Shown piece after piece: positions 8,688 through 18,493 of a stretch of DNA of 64,000 nucleotides (its first letter is position 1; every line of letters begins with the position of its first letter). This DNA comes from an uncultured Cellvibrio sp. (GTDB taxonomy: Bacteria; Pseudomonadota; Gammaproteobacteria; Pseudomonadales; Cellvibrionaceae): the NCBI GenBank assembly GCA_965650675.1, contig CBFGPN010000003.1:4-64003 (forward strand), given 5' to 3'. The notes beneath the pieces were generated by a model. That model saw nothing but the letters and a program-made list of their open reading frames with translations, made no database searches and had not been told where the DNA came from. The position numbers and the translations under genes were made by a program.

Positions 8688-9122
8688 ATGAATGTAAAAA
8701 TAAAATCAACAAACTGGGAACAAGACCAGCAAGCTTTGTACATAATCCGTCGAATAGTGTTTATCGAAGAACAGCATGTGGATGTTGCTGACGAGTGGGA
8801 TGATAAAGATGAAACTGCTATTCACTTTTTGGTTGAAACCACCCGGCAACAGGCTGTCGCTTGCGCACGCTTATTAATAGAAGGGGATCTTTACCATATA
8901 GGCCGTGTTGCCGTGCTCAAAGAATATCGCAATCAAAAAATTGGTCGGCAGTTAATGCAATTCATTTTAGATTGGTGCCACCAACAAAACCCCGAAAACA
9001 AAATTTATCTACACGCACAAACCAGCCGTGTAGAGTTTTATGAATATTTGGGTTTTGTTACAAAGGGTGAAGTGTTTTTGGATGCAGGGATTGATCACAT
9101 AGAAATGTGGTACAAACCTTGA
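8688..9122 (+). CDS. GNAT N-acetyltransferase (ElaA/YjcF-like)
   Basis: Motifs RRIVFIEEQ, IGRVAVLKEYRNQKIG, LHAQ, FYEYLGF, FLDAGIDHIEM. Confidence 0.9.
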   Translation: MNVKIKSTNWEQDQQALYIIRRIVFIEEQHVDVADEWDDKDETAIHFLVETTRQQAVACARLLIEGDLYHIGRVAVLKEYRNQKIGRQLMQFILDWCHQQNPENKIYLHAQTSRVEFYEYLGFVTKGEVFLDAGIDHIEMWYKP

Positions 9123-9123
9123 T

Positions 9124-9145
9124 GTAGGGCGGGTCAAGACCCGCC
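9124..9145 (+). repeat. GTAG-tagged REP (GGCGGGTC-type)
   Basis: GTAG-GGCGGGTC-AA-GACCCGCC, starting 2 nt after the GNAT stop. A related copy is at 10470. Confidence 0.75.
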
Positions 9146-9188
9146 ATTGCAATCATGAAAATTGATCCAAACCAATCAATTCATAACT

Positions 9189-9830
9189 TCAAATTGCGCG
9201 CCTATCAAAAATTTCCTGAATAATTTTTTTGTGAAAAAACCCAAGTGGTGACATCAGTGCCCGTTGGACAACTGACATATCCGGATTTTTGGAGTGACAG
9301 GCAGTAAATACATCTACTACAGAAGGGTGGTCAGCTGAAACTTTGATTAGCTTTGCTTCTTGCCCCGCCATTATTTCGCCAGGTTTTATCACGCGCGCAT
9401 AAGCGCCTGTGCGACCTGCTTGAATAAAATCTTTAATAAAACCCGCATCACCCATTCGCGCCGCTAATTTAAAACAGGGTGTGCGCGGTGCAGAAATTTC
9501 GATAATGACTTCGCCAATTTCTATTCGGTCGCCAATGTGCAAAGGTCTATCACCGAAGTTTGACAGAGTGAGATTTTCACCAAAAAGTCCGGGTGATAAC
9601 GTTCTACCCAATCGTTCCATCCACCAGTCATAGTCTTCCTGGCTGTAAAGATAAAGCGCCTGATCAAGCCCACCATGCACTTTGGTATCCACAATCGCAT
9701 CACCGACAATCCCCAATTCATTCACTAGAACCTTACCGACAACAGGCCGCTTGATAATGCCGGTTTGCACTAAACCGTTTGGCGTATCCAGGGTTTCTTC
9801 CTGAGCGATATTAATAGAGAGTAATTTCAT
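9189..9830 (-). CDS. MOSC domain protein (YiiM-like)
   Basis: Motifs TGIIKRPV, HGGLDQALY, FGENLT, GDRIEIG, PRTPCFKL, GRTGAYARV. Start set to ATG 9830 (MKLLSIN). Confidence 0.88.
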   Translation of the reverse strand: MKLLSINIAQEETLDTPNGLVQTGIIKRPVVGKVLVNELGIVGDAIVDTKVHGGLDQALYLYSQEDYDWWMERLGRTLSPGLFGENLTLSNFGDRPLHIGDRIEIGEVIIEISAPRTPCFKLAARMGDAGFIKDFIQAGRTGAYARVIKPGEIMAGQEAKLIKVSADHPSVVDVFTACHSKNPDMSVVQRALMSPLGFFHKKIIQEIFDRRAI

Positions 9831-9907
9831 GGCGACCTTGATGATGGTAACGAAACATTCAAGCCTTGATATCAGCTTGAAACAACATCCGCAATAAGTT
9901 ATTTGGC

Positions 9908-10020
9908 GTAGGTTGGGGTGAAAACCCCAACATGACCATCTTTGAAATAAAACCAAAAATTAAAAAATGAATGAATTCTGTATTCGAATACGAAACGCTG
10001 GGGTTTGCACCCCAGCCTAC
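9908..10020. repeat. Inverted REP doublet (REPIN-like), GTAG-GTTGGGGTG(A/C)AAACCCCAAC type
   Basis: REP on + at 9908-9931 and an inverted REP at 9997-10020. The spacer contains the palindrome GTATTCGAATAC. Confidence 0.8.
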
Positions 10021-10021
10021 A

Positions 10022-10441
10022 TTATTGCAGCGTACAAACTTCTGTTCCGTAATTGCCGCCTTTGAATTCTTTTTCGTAATAATATTTTTTGAATGTCCAT
10101 TTGCCGTCTTTATTTTTGGTGAATCGTGCTATGCCGGTGCCGTAGTCTTTGGGTTCGGGATTGGTCAGCGCAAAATTAATTCCCATTACATCATTTTCTG
10201 ATGCCGCTTGCCCAAGGTAGATTCCGTATTCCGGTACATCGAGCTTGAATTCATAAGCACCGTAAATTCCCGTGCTTTGTTCGGGCACCAATGTGAGTGT
10301 GACAAAACCCGTATAAGGCCCTTCGTGACTGTCTTCACCCGTGCAGTTGTAAACACCGGAGTAGTCTGCGCCTGTGTAGGGTTCTTTGGCGAAGCATAAG
10401 TTGGTGATTAGTAGGAGAAATATGAAAGCGATTTTTTGCAT
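10022..10441 (-). CDS. Hypothetical secreted beta-rich protein
   Basis: Start set to ATG 10441 (MQKIAFIFLLLITNLCFA signal peptide). The mature part is Gly/Tyr-rich with two Cys. Confidence 0.7.
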   Translation of the reverse strand: MQKIAFIFLLLITNLCFAKEPYTGADYSGVYNCTGEDSHEGPYTGFVTLTLVPEQSTGIYGAYEFKLDVPEYGIYLGQAASENDVMGINFALTNPEPKDYGTGIARFTKNKDGKWTFKKYYYEKEFKGGNYGTEVCTLQ

Positions 10442-10469
10442 GATTTTTCTCTCTTGATTCGTGGTGAGT

Positions 10470-10491
10470 GTAGGGCGGGTCGAGACCTGCG
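10470..10491 (+). repeat. GTAG-tagged REP (degenerate GGCGGGTC-type)
   Basis: GTAGGGCGGGTCGAGACCTGCG, similar to 9124-9145. Confidence 0.65.
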
Positions 10492-10548
10492 TTTGTGGTT
10501 TTTGAAATTTATCCATTCTAAAAATACGACCGTATATTGTTAGCCTCT

Positions 10549-11463
10549 TTAGAGTTTACCTTCCTTGAATTCTTTTTCTAATAATTTAATGTCTTTTAGT
10601 TTTTTGTGTGGGAGATCAATTGCATACACCTTTTCTTCATCTTTGAATTTTACTTGAAACTTAATATTTATATCTGTTCTATCAAAGGGCATATCTATTG
10701 CTGCATAAATTGCTTCGAATAACACGAATGGCCAATTCGATATGGAATAACAATACGCCCCTACTATGCCATGCGGTTCATACTCTTGATGTACGCCCCA
10801 ATAATTTAGCTTTGAATTTCGAATCTCGGCAACCCATGCTGCTTGTCCATGGTCAGGCATGCCAGCCAGATATGGTGATGATGAACTATGATATTGTTCA
10901 AGATCGTGAGTAAACCTATTTCTTTTTTCATATAGATATTTGTATCGTAATTTTTCAATTGTACTTTTGTCTGTAATTTCTACTCCAGGTGTAGACACAT
11001 TTGGTGGAGTTTTGCCGAAGTCTGGTTTTGTACAAATATTTATGCTGGATAATAAATTTATTCTGAACTTTTCAGGAATTAAGTCTATACCTTTATAAAA
11101 AGCTTTTTTAACACCATAAATATTTTGATGGTATTCAGATAGTATTCTTGCAGATTCGACAATATCTGAGTTTGGAGGTATTTTTTGCAGAGCCGCCTGT
11201 ACTTCATCTTTATTGAGTTTCTGCTTGCTACTCAGCCAGTTTTTGAAAGTTAAGAATTCTTCTGGTTGGCCTAGTTTATCAAAGCATGTTAGCAATAAAT
11301 AAACTGATAATGATTCTCTGGTATGTCTTGGATGTTTCCACCATTCGTCTTCGTCATCATCAGGATAACTCTCATGTCCTCCAAGCTTATCTGAGTCTTC
11401 TAAAATATCCTGTGCGAGCTTTAACCTAAAAAGCACTTCTTTTTTGATAGAATCTTCAATCAT
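10549..11463 (-). CDS. Hypothetical low-GC protein with HEPN-like RxxxxH motif
   Basis: Helical protein with N-terminal 'RESLSVYLLLTCFD' and 'LYEKRNRFTH'. It is visibly more AT-rich than metH. Start uncertain (11484, 11472 or 11463). Confidence 0.55.
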   Translation of the reverse strand: MIEDSIKKEVLFRLKLAQDILEDSDKLGGHESYPDDDEDEWWKHPRHTRESLSVYLLLTCFDKLGQPEEFLTFKNWLSSKQKLNKDEVQAALQKIPPNSDIVESARILSEYHQNIYGVKKAFYKGIDLIPEKFRINLLSSINICTKPDFGKTPPNVSTPGVEITDKSTIEKLRYKYLYEKRNRFTHDLEQYHSSSSPYLAGMPDHGQAAWVAEIRNSKLNYWGVHQEYEPHGIVGAYCYSISNWPFVLFEAIYAAIDMPFDRTDINIKFQVKFKDEEKVYAIDLPHKKLKDIKLLEKEFKEGKL

Positions 11464-11496
11464 TATTCGCATCCATTTAACCAATAGCGCAATTCG

Positions 11497-11599
11497 GGCG
11501 TAGGTTGGGGTGCAAACCCCAACATGACCATCTTTAAATCAAAACCAAAAAAATAATACGTGCGACCGACGAAAAAATCGATTTCTATTCGAATACGAA
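11497..11599 (+). repeat. Direct repeat of the left half of the 9905-9994 element
   Basis: 11497-11551 matches 9905-9959 with about 4 mismatches. TATTCGAATACGAA at 11586-11599 matches 9981-9994. The right-hand REP is missing. Confidence 0.8.
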
Positions 11600-11669
11600 G
11601 CTACGAATATCGGTAATCATTACATCAAATTGAAAGATGTGCGATTGGCGGGATTGGATTGATCCCGCG

Positions 11670-14600
11670 TTAGGCGCCAGGTTCGTACGCTAACACTGGA
11701 CTTAACCATCTTTCAACTTCTTGCACGCTTATGCCTTTGCGTTTTGCCAAACTTTCTACCTGATCCTTTTCGATTTTATCGGTGTTGAAATAAACGGATT
11801 CGGGGTGGGCGAAATACCAGCCGGAGACTGCGGCGGTAGGCAGCATGGCGAAGTGTTCGGTTAGGGTGATGCCGGTATTTTTTTCGGCGTCTAATAACTG
11901 GAACAATTGGGTTTTTTCGGTGTGATCCGGGCAGGCGGGGTAGCCGGGGGCGGGGCGTATGCCTTTGTATTGTTCTTTGATTAAATCTTCGTTCGATAAA
12001 TTTTCGTCGCGGTCATAGCCCCAGAATTCTTTTCTGACGCGTTGATGCAAATGTTCGGCGAAAGCTTCGGCCAGGCGATCGGCCAAGGCTTTCACCATAA
12101 TGCTGTTGTAATCGTCGCCTTTGTTTTGATATCCCTTTGCCAATTCTTCTGCGCCGATTCCCGCGGTAACCGCGAAGCCGCCGATATAATCTTGTTTGCC
12201 GGTTTCTTTGGGTGCAACAAAATCCGCGAGTGAATAATGGGGTTTGGTTTCGTTGCCTTGTTTTAAATGTTGTTGGCGAATGTGATGCAAAGTTGAAATT
12301 TGTTTTCCGTCTGCGTTGTAAACCGCAATATCATCATGATCCACTGTGTTAGCGGGCCAGAAACCAATTACGCCGTTAGCACGAATTAATTTTTCATCGA
12401 TTAATTTGCGCAGCATGGTTTGCGCGTCGTCCCACAAATTTCTTGCGGCTTCGCCGACGATTTCATCTTGCAGAATTTTTGGATATTTTCCGGCGAGATC
12501 CCAGCTGATAAAGAAAGGCGTCCAGTCGATAAAATCCACCAGCTTATTCAAATCATAATCTTCAAATACTTTTATGCCGGTGAAAGCGGGTTTGGGTGGT
12601 GTGTAATTATCCCAATCCAATTTTAAACCTTTGGCAATAGCTTCCGGGTAACTGCGCACCGTGCCGCGTGGTTTGCGGTTGGCATTGCGCTCGCGTACTT
12701 CAACATATTCCTGTTGCAAATCCGCAATAAATTTCGGGCGCAATTCATCGGATAACAAGGTGCTGGCAACACCCACAGCGCGTGAGGCATCAGGTACATA
12801 CACGACTTGATTGAGTTTAAATACGGGATCAATTTTTACCGCTGTGTGCGCTTTGGATGTAGTGGCGCCACCAATCATCAAAGGTTTGTTGATGCCGCGC
12901 CTTTCCATTTCGCGACCGACAAATACCATTTCATCCAATGAGGGTGTAATCAAACCGGAAAGACCGATGATGTCGCAGTTTTGTTCTATGGCGGTGTCGA
13001 GGATTTTATCGCAAGGTACCATCACGCCGAGATCGATCACTTCAAAATTATTGCATTGCAATACCACGCCCACAATATTTTTACCAATATCGTGTACGTC
13101 GCCTTTTACTGTCGCCATTAAAATTTTGCCATTGGGTTTTGAGGCTTCGGTTTTTTCGGCTTCGATGTAAGGTTGTAAATAGGCGACTGATTGTTTCATT
13201 ACGCGCGCGGATTTCACCACTTGCGGCAAAAACATTTTGCCTGCACCGAATAAATCACCTACCACATTCATGCCATCCATTAATGGGCCTTCGATTACAT
13301 CCAGTGGGCGAGGGTAAAATTGTCGAGCTTCTTCAGTATCAGCTTCAATAAAAGTCGATACACCTTTTACCAAAGCGTATTCAATACGTTTGGCGATGGG
13401 CAATGAGCGCCATTCCAAATCTTCTTTCTTTTCGCCACTGCTGCCATCGCCGCGATATTTTTCGGCAATCTCCAATAGCGCTTCAGTGCTGCCTGAATGA
13501 CGATTTAAAATTACGTCTTCGACTTTTTCTTTTAATTCGGCGGGAAGATCGTCATAGACCGCGAGTTGGCCCGCGTTGACAATCCCCATATTCATACCGG
13601 CTTTAATCGCATGATACAAAAATACCGAGTGAATGGCTTCGCGAACCGGGTTATTACCACGGAAGGAGAATGACACGTTGGACACACCACCGCTTACACC
13701 CGCGTGTGGCAAGTTGTTGCGAATCCAGCGCGTGGCTTCGATAAAATCAACCGCGTAATTATTGTGATCATCAATACCAGTAGCCACCGCAAAAATATTC
13801 GGGTCGAAAATAATATCTTCCGGCGGGAAATGTAATTTATCCACCAAAGTGCGATAGGATCTTTCACAAATTTCTTGTTTGCGTGCCATGGTATCGGCCT
13901 GGCCTTTTTCATCAAACGCCATCACCACCACAGCGGCGCCGTAACGCATACACAATTTGGCTTTGTGTAAAAATTCTTCTTCGCCTTCTTTCAAACTAAT
14001 GGAGTTAACAATGGGTTTTCCTTGAATGCATTTTAATCCGGCTTCAATCACGTCCCACTTGGATGAGTCCACCATAATCGGCACGCGGGCAATTTCTGGC
14101 TCACCTGCAATTAAATTTAAAAAACGCACCATGGCTTTTTCGGCATCCAGCATGCCTTCGTCCATGTTAATGTCGATCACCTGTGCGCCGTTTTCGACTT
14201 GTTCCAGAGCGACTTCCAATGCGGTGGTGTAATCTTCTTCAACAATTAATTTTTTAAATTTGGCTGAGCCAGTTACGTTACAACGTTCGCCGACGTTAAC
14301 GAATAAAGAATCTTTGGTGATATTAAAAGGCTCGAGTCCCGACAAGCGACATGCTGGTTCTATGTCAGGAATTTTGCGCGGAGGATATTTCCCCATTACA
14401 TCCGCCAGCGCTTTGATGTGTGCAGGCGTAGTACCGCAACAGCCGCCGATAATATTTAAAAATCCGCTGGCTGCGAATTCTTCAACAATCGCCACCATTT
14501 CTTGCGCGGTTTGATCGTATTCACCAAATTCATTGGGCAAACCCGCGTTAGGGTGAGCGCTGACAAAACAGCTGGCAACACGCGACATTTCTTGCACGTA

Positions 14601-15383
14601 TTGACGCAATTCTTTTGCGCCCAACGCACAGTTCAAACCCATACTGAGTGGGCGCGCGTGAGCGAGTGAATTATAAAAAGCTTCAGTGGTTTGACCGGAA
14701 AGTGTACGGCCGGATGCATCGGTAATAGTGCCGGAAATCATAATCGGCAATTCGAAACCGACTTGATCAAAATATTTTTGCACCGCAAATACAGCAGCTT
14801 TGGCGTTGAGCGTATCGAAAATGGTTTCGATCAAAATAATATCGGCACCGCCTTTGACTAATGCATCAGTCGCTTCAACATAATTTTCGACCAGTTGATC
14901 AAAAGTCACATTGCGTTTGGCGGGATCATTCACATCCGGCGAAATCGAACAGGTGCGACTGGTTGGCCCAAGTACACCGGCAACAAAACGGGGTTTGTTT
15001 GGATTATTCGCGGTGAATTCATCGCACAAGTCGCGTGCAAGTTTTGCGGCGGCGAAATTTAATTCGGGCACCAGATCTTCCATGTCGTAATCGGCCATGG
15101 AAATGCGAGTGGAGTTAAAGGTGTTGGTTTCGAGAATATCGGCACCGGCTTCAAGATAAGCGCGTTGGATTTCGCGAATCACTTGCGGCTTGGTGATACA
15201 AAGCAAATCGTTATTGCCGGCGATATCCATGTGGTAATCCGCAAAACGCTCACCGCGATAATCCGCTTCCTTTAATTTATAACTTTGGATCATGGTACCC
15301 ATGCCGCCATCCAAAATCAGAATGTATTGTTGGATAGCCTGATGAAGCGCGGAAATACGGGTTTGCAGTGCAGCTGGAATCAT
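11670..15383 (-). CDS. metH: Cobalamin-dependent methionine synthase
   Basis: Motifs [37 protein letters not shown]12-binding [21 protein letters not shown]. Confidence 0.98.
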   Translation of the reverse strand: MIPAALQTRISALHQAIQQYILILDGGMGTMIQSYKLKEADYRGERFADYHMDIAGNNDLLCITKPQVIREIQRAYLEAGADILETNTFNSTRISMADYDMEDLVPELNFAAAKLARDLCDEFTANNPNKPRFVAGVLGPTSRTCSISPDVNDPAKRNVTFDQLVENYVEATDALVKGGADIILIETIFDTLNAKAAVFAVQKYFDQVGFELPIMISGTITDASGRTLSGQTTEAFYNSLAHARPLSMGLNCALGAKELRQYVQEMSRVASCFVSAHPNAGLPNEFGEYDQTAQEMVAIVEEFAASGFLNIIGGCCGTTPAHIKALADVMGKYPPRKIPDIEPACRLSGLEPFNITKDSLFVNVGERCNVTGSAKFKKLIVEEDYTTALEVALEQVENGAQVIDINMDEGMLDAEKAMVRFLNLIAGEPEIARVPIMVDSSKWDVIEAGLKCIQGKPIVNSISLKEGEEEFLHKAKLCMRYGAAVVVMAFDEKGQADTMARKQEICERSYRTLVDKLHFPPEDIIFDPNIFAVATGIDDHNNYAVDFIEATRWIRNNLPHAGVSGGVSNVSFSFRGNNPVREAIHSVFLYHAIKAGMNMGIVNAGQLAVYDDLPAELKEKVEDVILNRHSGSTEALLEIAEKYRGDGSSGEKKEDLEWRSLPIAKRIEYALVKGVSTFIEADTEEARQFYPRPLDVIEGPLMDGMNVVGDLFGAGKMFLPQVVKSARVMKQSVAYLQPYIEAEKTEASKPNGKILMATVKGDVHDIGKNIVGVVLQCNNFEVIDLGVMVPCDKILDTAIEQNCDIIGLSGLITPSLDEMVFVGREMERRGINKPLMIGGATTSKAHTAVKIDPVFKLNQVVYVPDASRAVGVASTLLSDELRPKFIADLQQEYVEVRERNANRKPRGTVRSYPEAIAKGLKLDWDNYTPPKPAFTGIKVFEDYDLNKLVDFIDWTPFFISWDLAGKYPKILQDEIVGEAARNLWDDAQTMLRKLIDEKLIRANGVIGFWPANTVDHDDIAVYNADGKQISTLHHIRQQHLKQGNETKPHYSLADFVAPKETGKQDYIGGFAVTAGIGAEELAKGYQNKGDDYNSIMVKALADRLAEAFAEHLHQRVRKEFWGYDRDENLSNEDLIKEQYKGIRPAPGYPACPDHTEKTQLFQLLDAEKNTGITLTEHFAMLPTAAVSGWYFAHPESVYFNTDKIEKDQVESLAKRKGISVQEVERWLSPVLAYEPGA

Positions 15384-15411
15384 GGGGAACCTTTAATCTG
15401 AAGCATGAAAG

Positions 15412-15435
15412 CTATATCAAAAAATCTTGATATAG
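15412..15435. promoter_or_regulatory. Palindromic operator upstream of metH (SahR-like)
   Basis: CTATATCAA-AAAATC-TTGATATAG, about 30 bp upstream of the metH start. Confidence 0.6.
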
Positions 15436-15491
15436 AAAAATGCGCAAATTCTAACAGACCTTGTTGGGATGAGCGACTAAGATCAAGTAAA

Positions 15492-15535
15492 CCCCATCCT
15501 AACCTCCCCAAGGAGTAGTTGTGAGGGTGAAATTA
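15492..15535. repeat. Collapsed remnant of the C/G-rich palindromic repeat family
   Basis: CCCCATCCTAACCTCCCC...GAGGGTGAAATTA. Its ends resemble 36500 and 63645-63661. Confidence 0.45.
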
Positions 15536-15548
15536 TGAGGCTCAAATC

Positions 15549-17816
15549 ATGAAATACATTCAGATTATTAGCATCTCAATAGCCATTGCAGTTTCAGCCT
15601 GTGGTGGGGGTGGATCGAGCGGTTCCAAATCATCAATGTCTCAATCCAGTCGTGTTTCGTCGCTATCAACTTCTGTCAGTGTCTCTTCAAGTTCGCAATC
15701 GGTCAGTTCGTCGAGTTCAACATCAATTGTTGTGGGTTTGGATTCCCGTCCTTCCAATACCACATGCCTTGCCCCTGAACCGGTTGCAACAGGTACCACA
15801 CAAATTCAATGGCAATTGGCATTTACACAATTACCGGCAATTTCAAATCCTTCGAATTTATTTCAATTACCCGGCGATGATAGCCATTGGTATGTAATGC
15901 GACAGGCGGGATATATTTTGCGTTTTGATAACAATGCAAATGCCAATCAATTAACGCAAGTTTTAAATATAGACCCAGGTGTCGATTCATCTCAGGATGA
16001 GATGGGCTTGTTGGGTTTTGCAATTCATCCGAATTTTTCGTCTAACCGTTTTGTATTTTTGTTTTACACAGGCCGCGATGCCAATAACGCAATTGAAACC
16101 CGCATTGCACGATTCACGGTAAACACTGAAGGTTTTTTTGACGCAAATTCAGAAGTAGTTTTATTACGATTCACTCGTCCTTATGGCAACCACGTTGGTG
16201 GGCAAATGGCGTTTGATAATCAAGGCTATTTGTTGATTTCATCCGGTGATGGAGGATCTGGTGGCGATCCACATGAAAACGGACAAAATCAAACGAATTT
16301 GTTGGGGAAAATTTTGCGTATTGATGTGGATCGAACTGAAAATGGTTTGGCTTATGCGATACCTGTGGATAATCCTTTTGTTGGGCAAAATAATATTGCA
16401 GAAGAAATTTGGGCCTATGGTTTGCGCAATCCATGGCGATTCAGTGTTGATTCGGTCACCGGTGATTTATGGGCAGGTGATGTGGGGCAGGGTGCGTGGG
16501 AAGAAATTAATCTAGTCACTCGCGGTGGCAATTATGGTTGGGGAGATATGGAAGGTGATAGTTGTTATTCGGGTCGCCCGGGTTGTTCAACTGCGAATAA
16601 AATAAAACCACTGTATTCGATAAGCCATAACACGGGTGCATGTTCTGTTATTGGTGGTTATGTTTATCGTGGTACTGCATTTCCTGCTGCTTACGGTCGC
16701 TATTTTTATACGGATTATTGTGAAACAACTGTACGTTCTTTGATACGTCAAGCCAACGGCAATTTAACTCACACTGCCTACAATCAAGCAGTTGCTGATT
16801 TGGTTTCGTTTGCAGAAGACAATCATCGTGAACTTTATGCGATTGGTCGTGGCAGTGCAGGGCAGCAAATTGTGCGCATGAATGTTACCAATACCGGATT
16901 GATTGCGGGTTCAATGCCGACACAATTATCAGCAACCGGTTGTGTGCAATCCTCGAATCCAAAAAATCCGGCCAGTGGCATGATTGCTTACGATGTTAAA
17001 TCGGCGCTTTGGTCTGATGGTGCGGATAAATTGCGATTTTTATCTTTGCCAAATGATACACAAATTGATGTCAATTCAATTGGCGATTTTAATTTTCCTG
17101 TGGGCAGTGTGTTGATGAAACATTTCATCCAGAATAATCAATATATTGAAACACGATTATTTGCACATACTGCCTTGGGTTGGCAGGGTTTTAGTTATGA
17201 ATGGAATGATCAACAAACGGATGCAACACTCTTGTCTTCTGCAAAAGATAAAATGGTAGGTGGTGTGAATTGGCATTATCCCAGTGCAGGTGAGTGCCTT
17301 GAGTGTCATACAGCAGTTGCCGGTTTTTCATTAGGACTTGAAACGGCACAACTTAACCATGAATTTTTGTATACGCAAACCAATCGCACAGCCAATCAAT
17401 TGGCTACGCTGCAATATTTGGGATTATTTAAAAATAATTTGACCGACCAACAATTAAATCGGCATTTTTATTCATTAACCGATAGTGCGAGTCTGGAACA
17501 AAAAGCCAGAAGTTATTTGCATGCAAATTGTAGCCATTGCCATCAACCCAATGACACTTCACCTGTCGATATTGATTTGCGATTCAATTCTTCGTTGAAT
17601 CAAATGGGTGTATGTAATCAACCACCACAAGCGGGTGATTTGGGCGTCCCGAATCCACTACTCATTGCACCAGGTGAACCTTTGCGTTCAGTATTGCTGG
17701 AGCGCATGAAAGTCAATGACGCGAATAAAATGCCTAAAATTGGCAGGAGTGAAATGGATCAAGCGGCGGTAGATGTGATCAGTGAATGGATTGGGGGATT
17801 GGTGGGTTGTAATTAA
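15549..17816 (+). CDS. Lipoprotein: PQQ-dependent glucose/sorbosone dehydrogenase propeller fused to a diheme c-type cytochrome domain
   Basis: Lipobox VSAC, Ser-rich linker, GSDH motifs EMGLLGFAIHPNF, NHVGGQMAF, GDGGSGGDP, EIWAYGLRNPWRFS, and heme motifs CLECH and CSHCH. Confidence 0.85.
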   Translation: MKYIQIISISIAIAVSACGGGGSSGSKSSMSQSSRVSSLSTSVSVSSSSQSVSSSSSTSIVVGLDSRPSNTTCLAPEPVATGTTQIQWQLAFTQLPAISNPSNLFQLPGDDSHWYVMRQAGYILRFDNNANANQLTQVLNIDPGVDSSQDEMGLLGFAIHPNFSSNRFVFLFYTGRDANNAIETRIARFTVNTEGFFDANSEVVLLRFTRPYGNHVGGQMAFDNQGYLLISSGDGGSGGDPHENGQNQTNLLGKILRIDVDRTENGLAYAIPVDNPFVGQNNIAEEIWAYGLRNPWRFSVDSVTGDLWAGDVGQGAWEEINLVTRGGNYGWGDMEGDSCYSGRPGCSTANKIKPLYSISHNTGACSVIGGYVYRGTAFPAAYGRYFYTDYCETTVRSLIRQANGNLTHTAYNQAVADLVSFAEDNHRELYAIGRGSAGQQIVRMNVTNTGLIAGSMPTQLSATGCVQSSNPKNPASGMIAYDVKSALWSDGADKLRFLSLPNDTQIDVNSIGDFNFPVGSVLMKHFIQNNQYIETRLFAHTALGWQGFSYEWNDQQTDATLLSSAKDKMVGGVNWHYPSAGECLECHTAVAGFSLGLETAQLNHEFLYTQTNRTANQLATLQYLGLFKNNLTDQQLNRHFYSLTDSASLEQKARSYLHANCSHCHQPNDTSPVDIDLRFNSSLNQMGVCNQPPQAGDLGVPNPLLIAPGEPLRSVLLERMKVNDANKMPKIGRSEMDQAAVDVISEWIGGLVGCN

Positions 17817-18493
17817 TTTTTTACGCCCTTAATTAACAACCAAAGTGGAAAAATCAACTCACCAATAAATGTAAATTGGGTCGCCGTAATTGTGCGGTCG
17901 GGCATAAATAAAAATGTTAGAAAATCCACCAGATAGCCGATGCCGGCAATAATAAGCAGAGCTCCTAATAAGGTTGGAATTTGTTTTGATTTGATAATTA
18001 AATAGGCAAGAGGAAACAGCCACAATCCCCAGAAGATGTGAACAATCACCAAGCCATGTTCATGAAGCGACAGCATGAAGATACTGGCATTTTTCAATAA
18101 CAGGGGATCTATCTGGTTGGAAAATTTATTCGCCAGTAACAATACGCCCAACAAATTCAGCTCGTTGATAAAGGCGATGGGAACGCTAATTAATACGAAT
18201 ATGACCATGAGCCTTGCGACATTTTTGTTGACCTGAACAAATAATTTGTACAAGGTAAGCACCAAAAAAATGTAAATGGTTTGTTGGATCAACCAGCTAA
18301 CAATACCGGTTCGTATCATCAAATCATTTGAAAAAATGTTTTGCATGGTTAATTGCGGGTTGCCATGTATGAAAGTGCTAAACCAAACATACATACTAAA
18401 AACGGCGAAGGGCAGCATTAACAAATATAAACTGCCTGCAAGCCGGGCATTACTTCGATTGTCTGAATATTCGGATACAGTCGAATTACTCAT
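17813..18493 (-). CDS. DUF4386-like membrane protein
   Basis: Motifs 'ARLAGSLYL' and 'HIFWGLWLFPLAYLIIKS...IPTLLG...GIGY...IGELIFPLWLLIKG'. Start set to ATG 18493, overlapping the HTH stop. Confidence 0.75.
   Translation of the reverse strand: MSNSTVSEYSDNRSNARLAGSLYLLMLPFAVFSMYVWFSTFIHGNPQLTMQNIFSNDLMIRTGIVSWLIQQTIYIFLVLTLYKLFVQVNKNVARLMVIFVLISVPIAFINELNLLGVLLLANKFSNQIDPLLLKNASIFMLSLHEHGLVIVHIFWGLWLFPLAYLIIKSKQIPTLLGALLIIAGIGYLVDFLTFLFMPDRTITATQFTFIGELIFPLWLLIKGVKN

Noticed and set aside
9831-9956. N-terminal extension of the MOSC ORF
   Set aside because: It reads through a REP element; the family-like sequence starts at MKLLSIN.
10442-10516. N-terminal extension of the secreted hypothetical protein
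   Set aside because: It reads through a REP; the signal peptide starts at ATG 10441.
10520-11481. HEPN-like gene as an integron cassette (GTTAAAT before the start, GGCTAAC after the stop)
   Set aside because: The two core sites are not complementary. The downstream hairpin is short and lacks recognisable L boxes, and no integrase or second attC is present. A degraded cassette origin cannot be fully excluded.
15384-15548. Cobalamin, SAM or SAH riboswitch upstream of metH
   Set aside because: I recognised no conserved riboswitch core and the space is short. An Infernal/Rfam scan would settle it.
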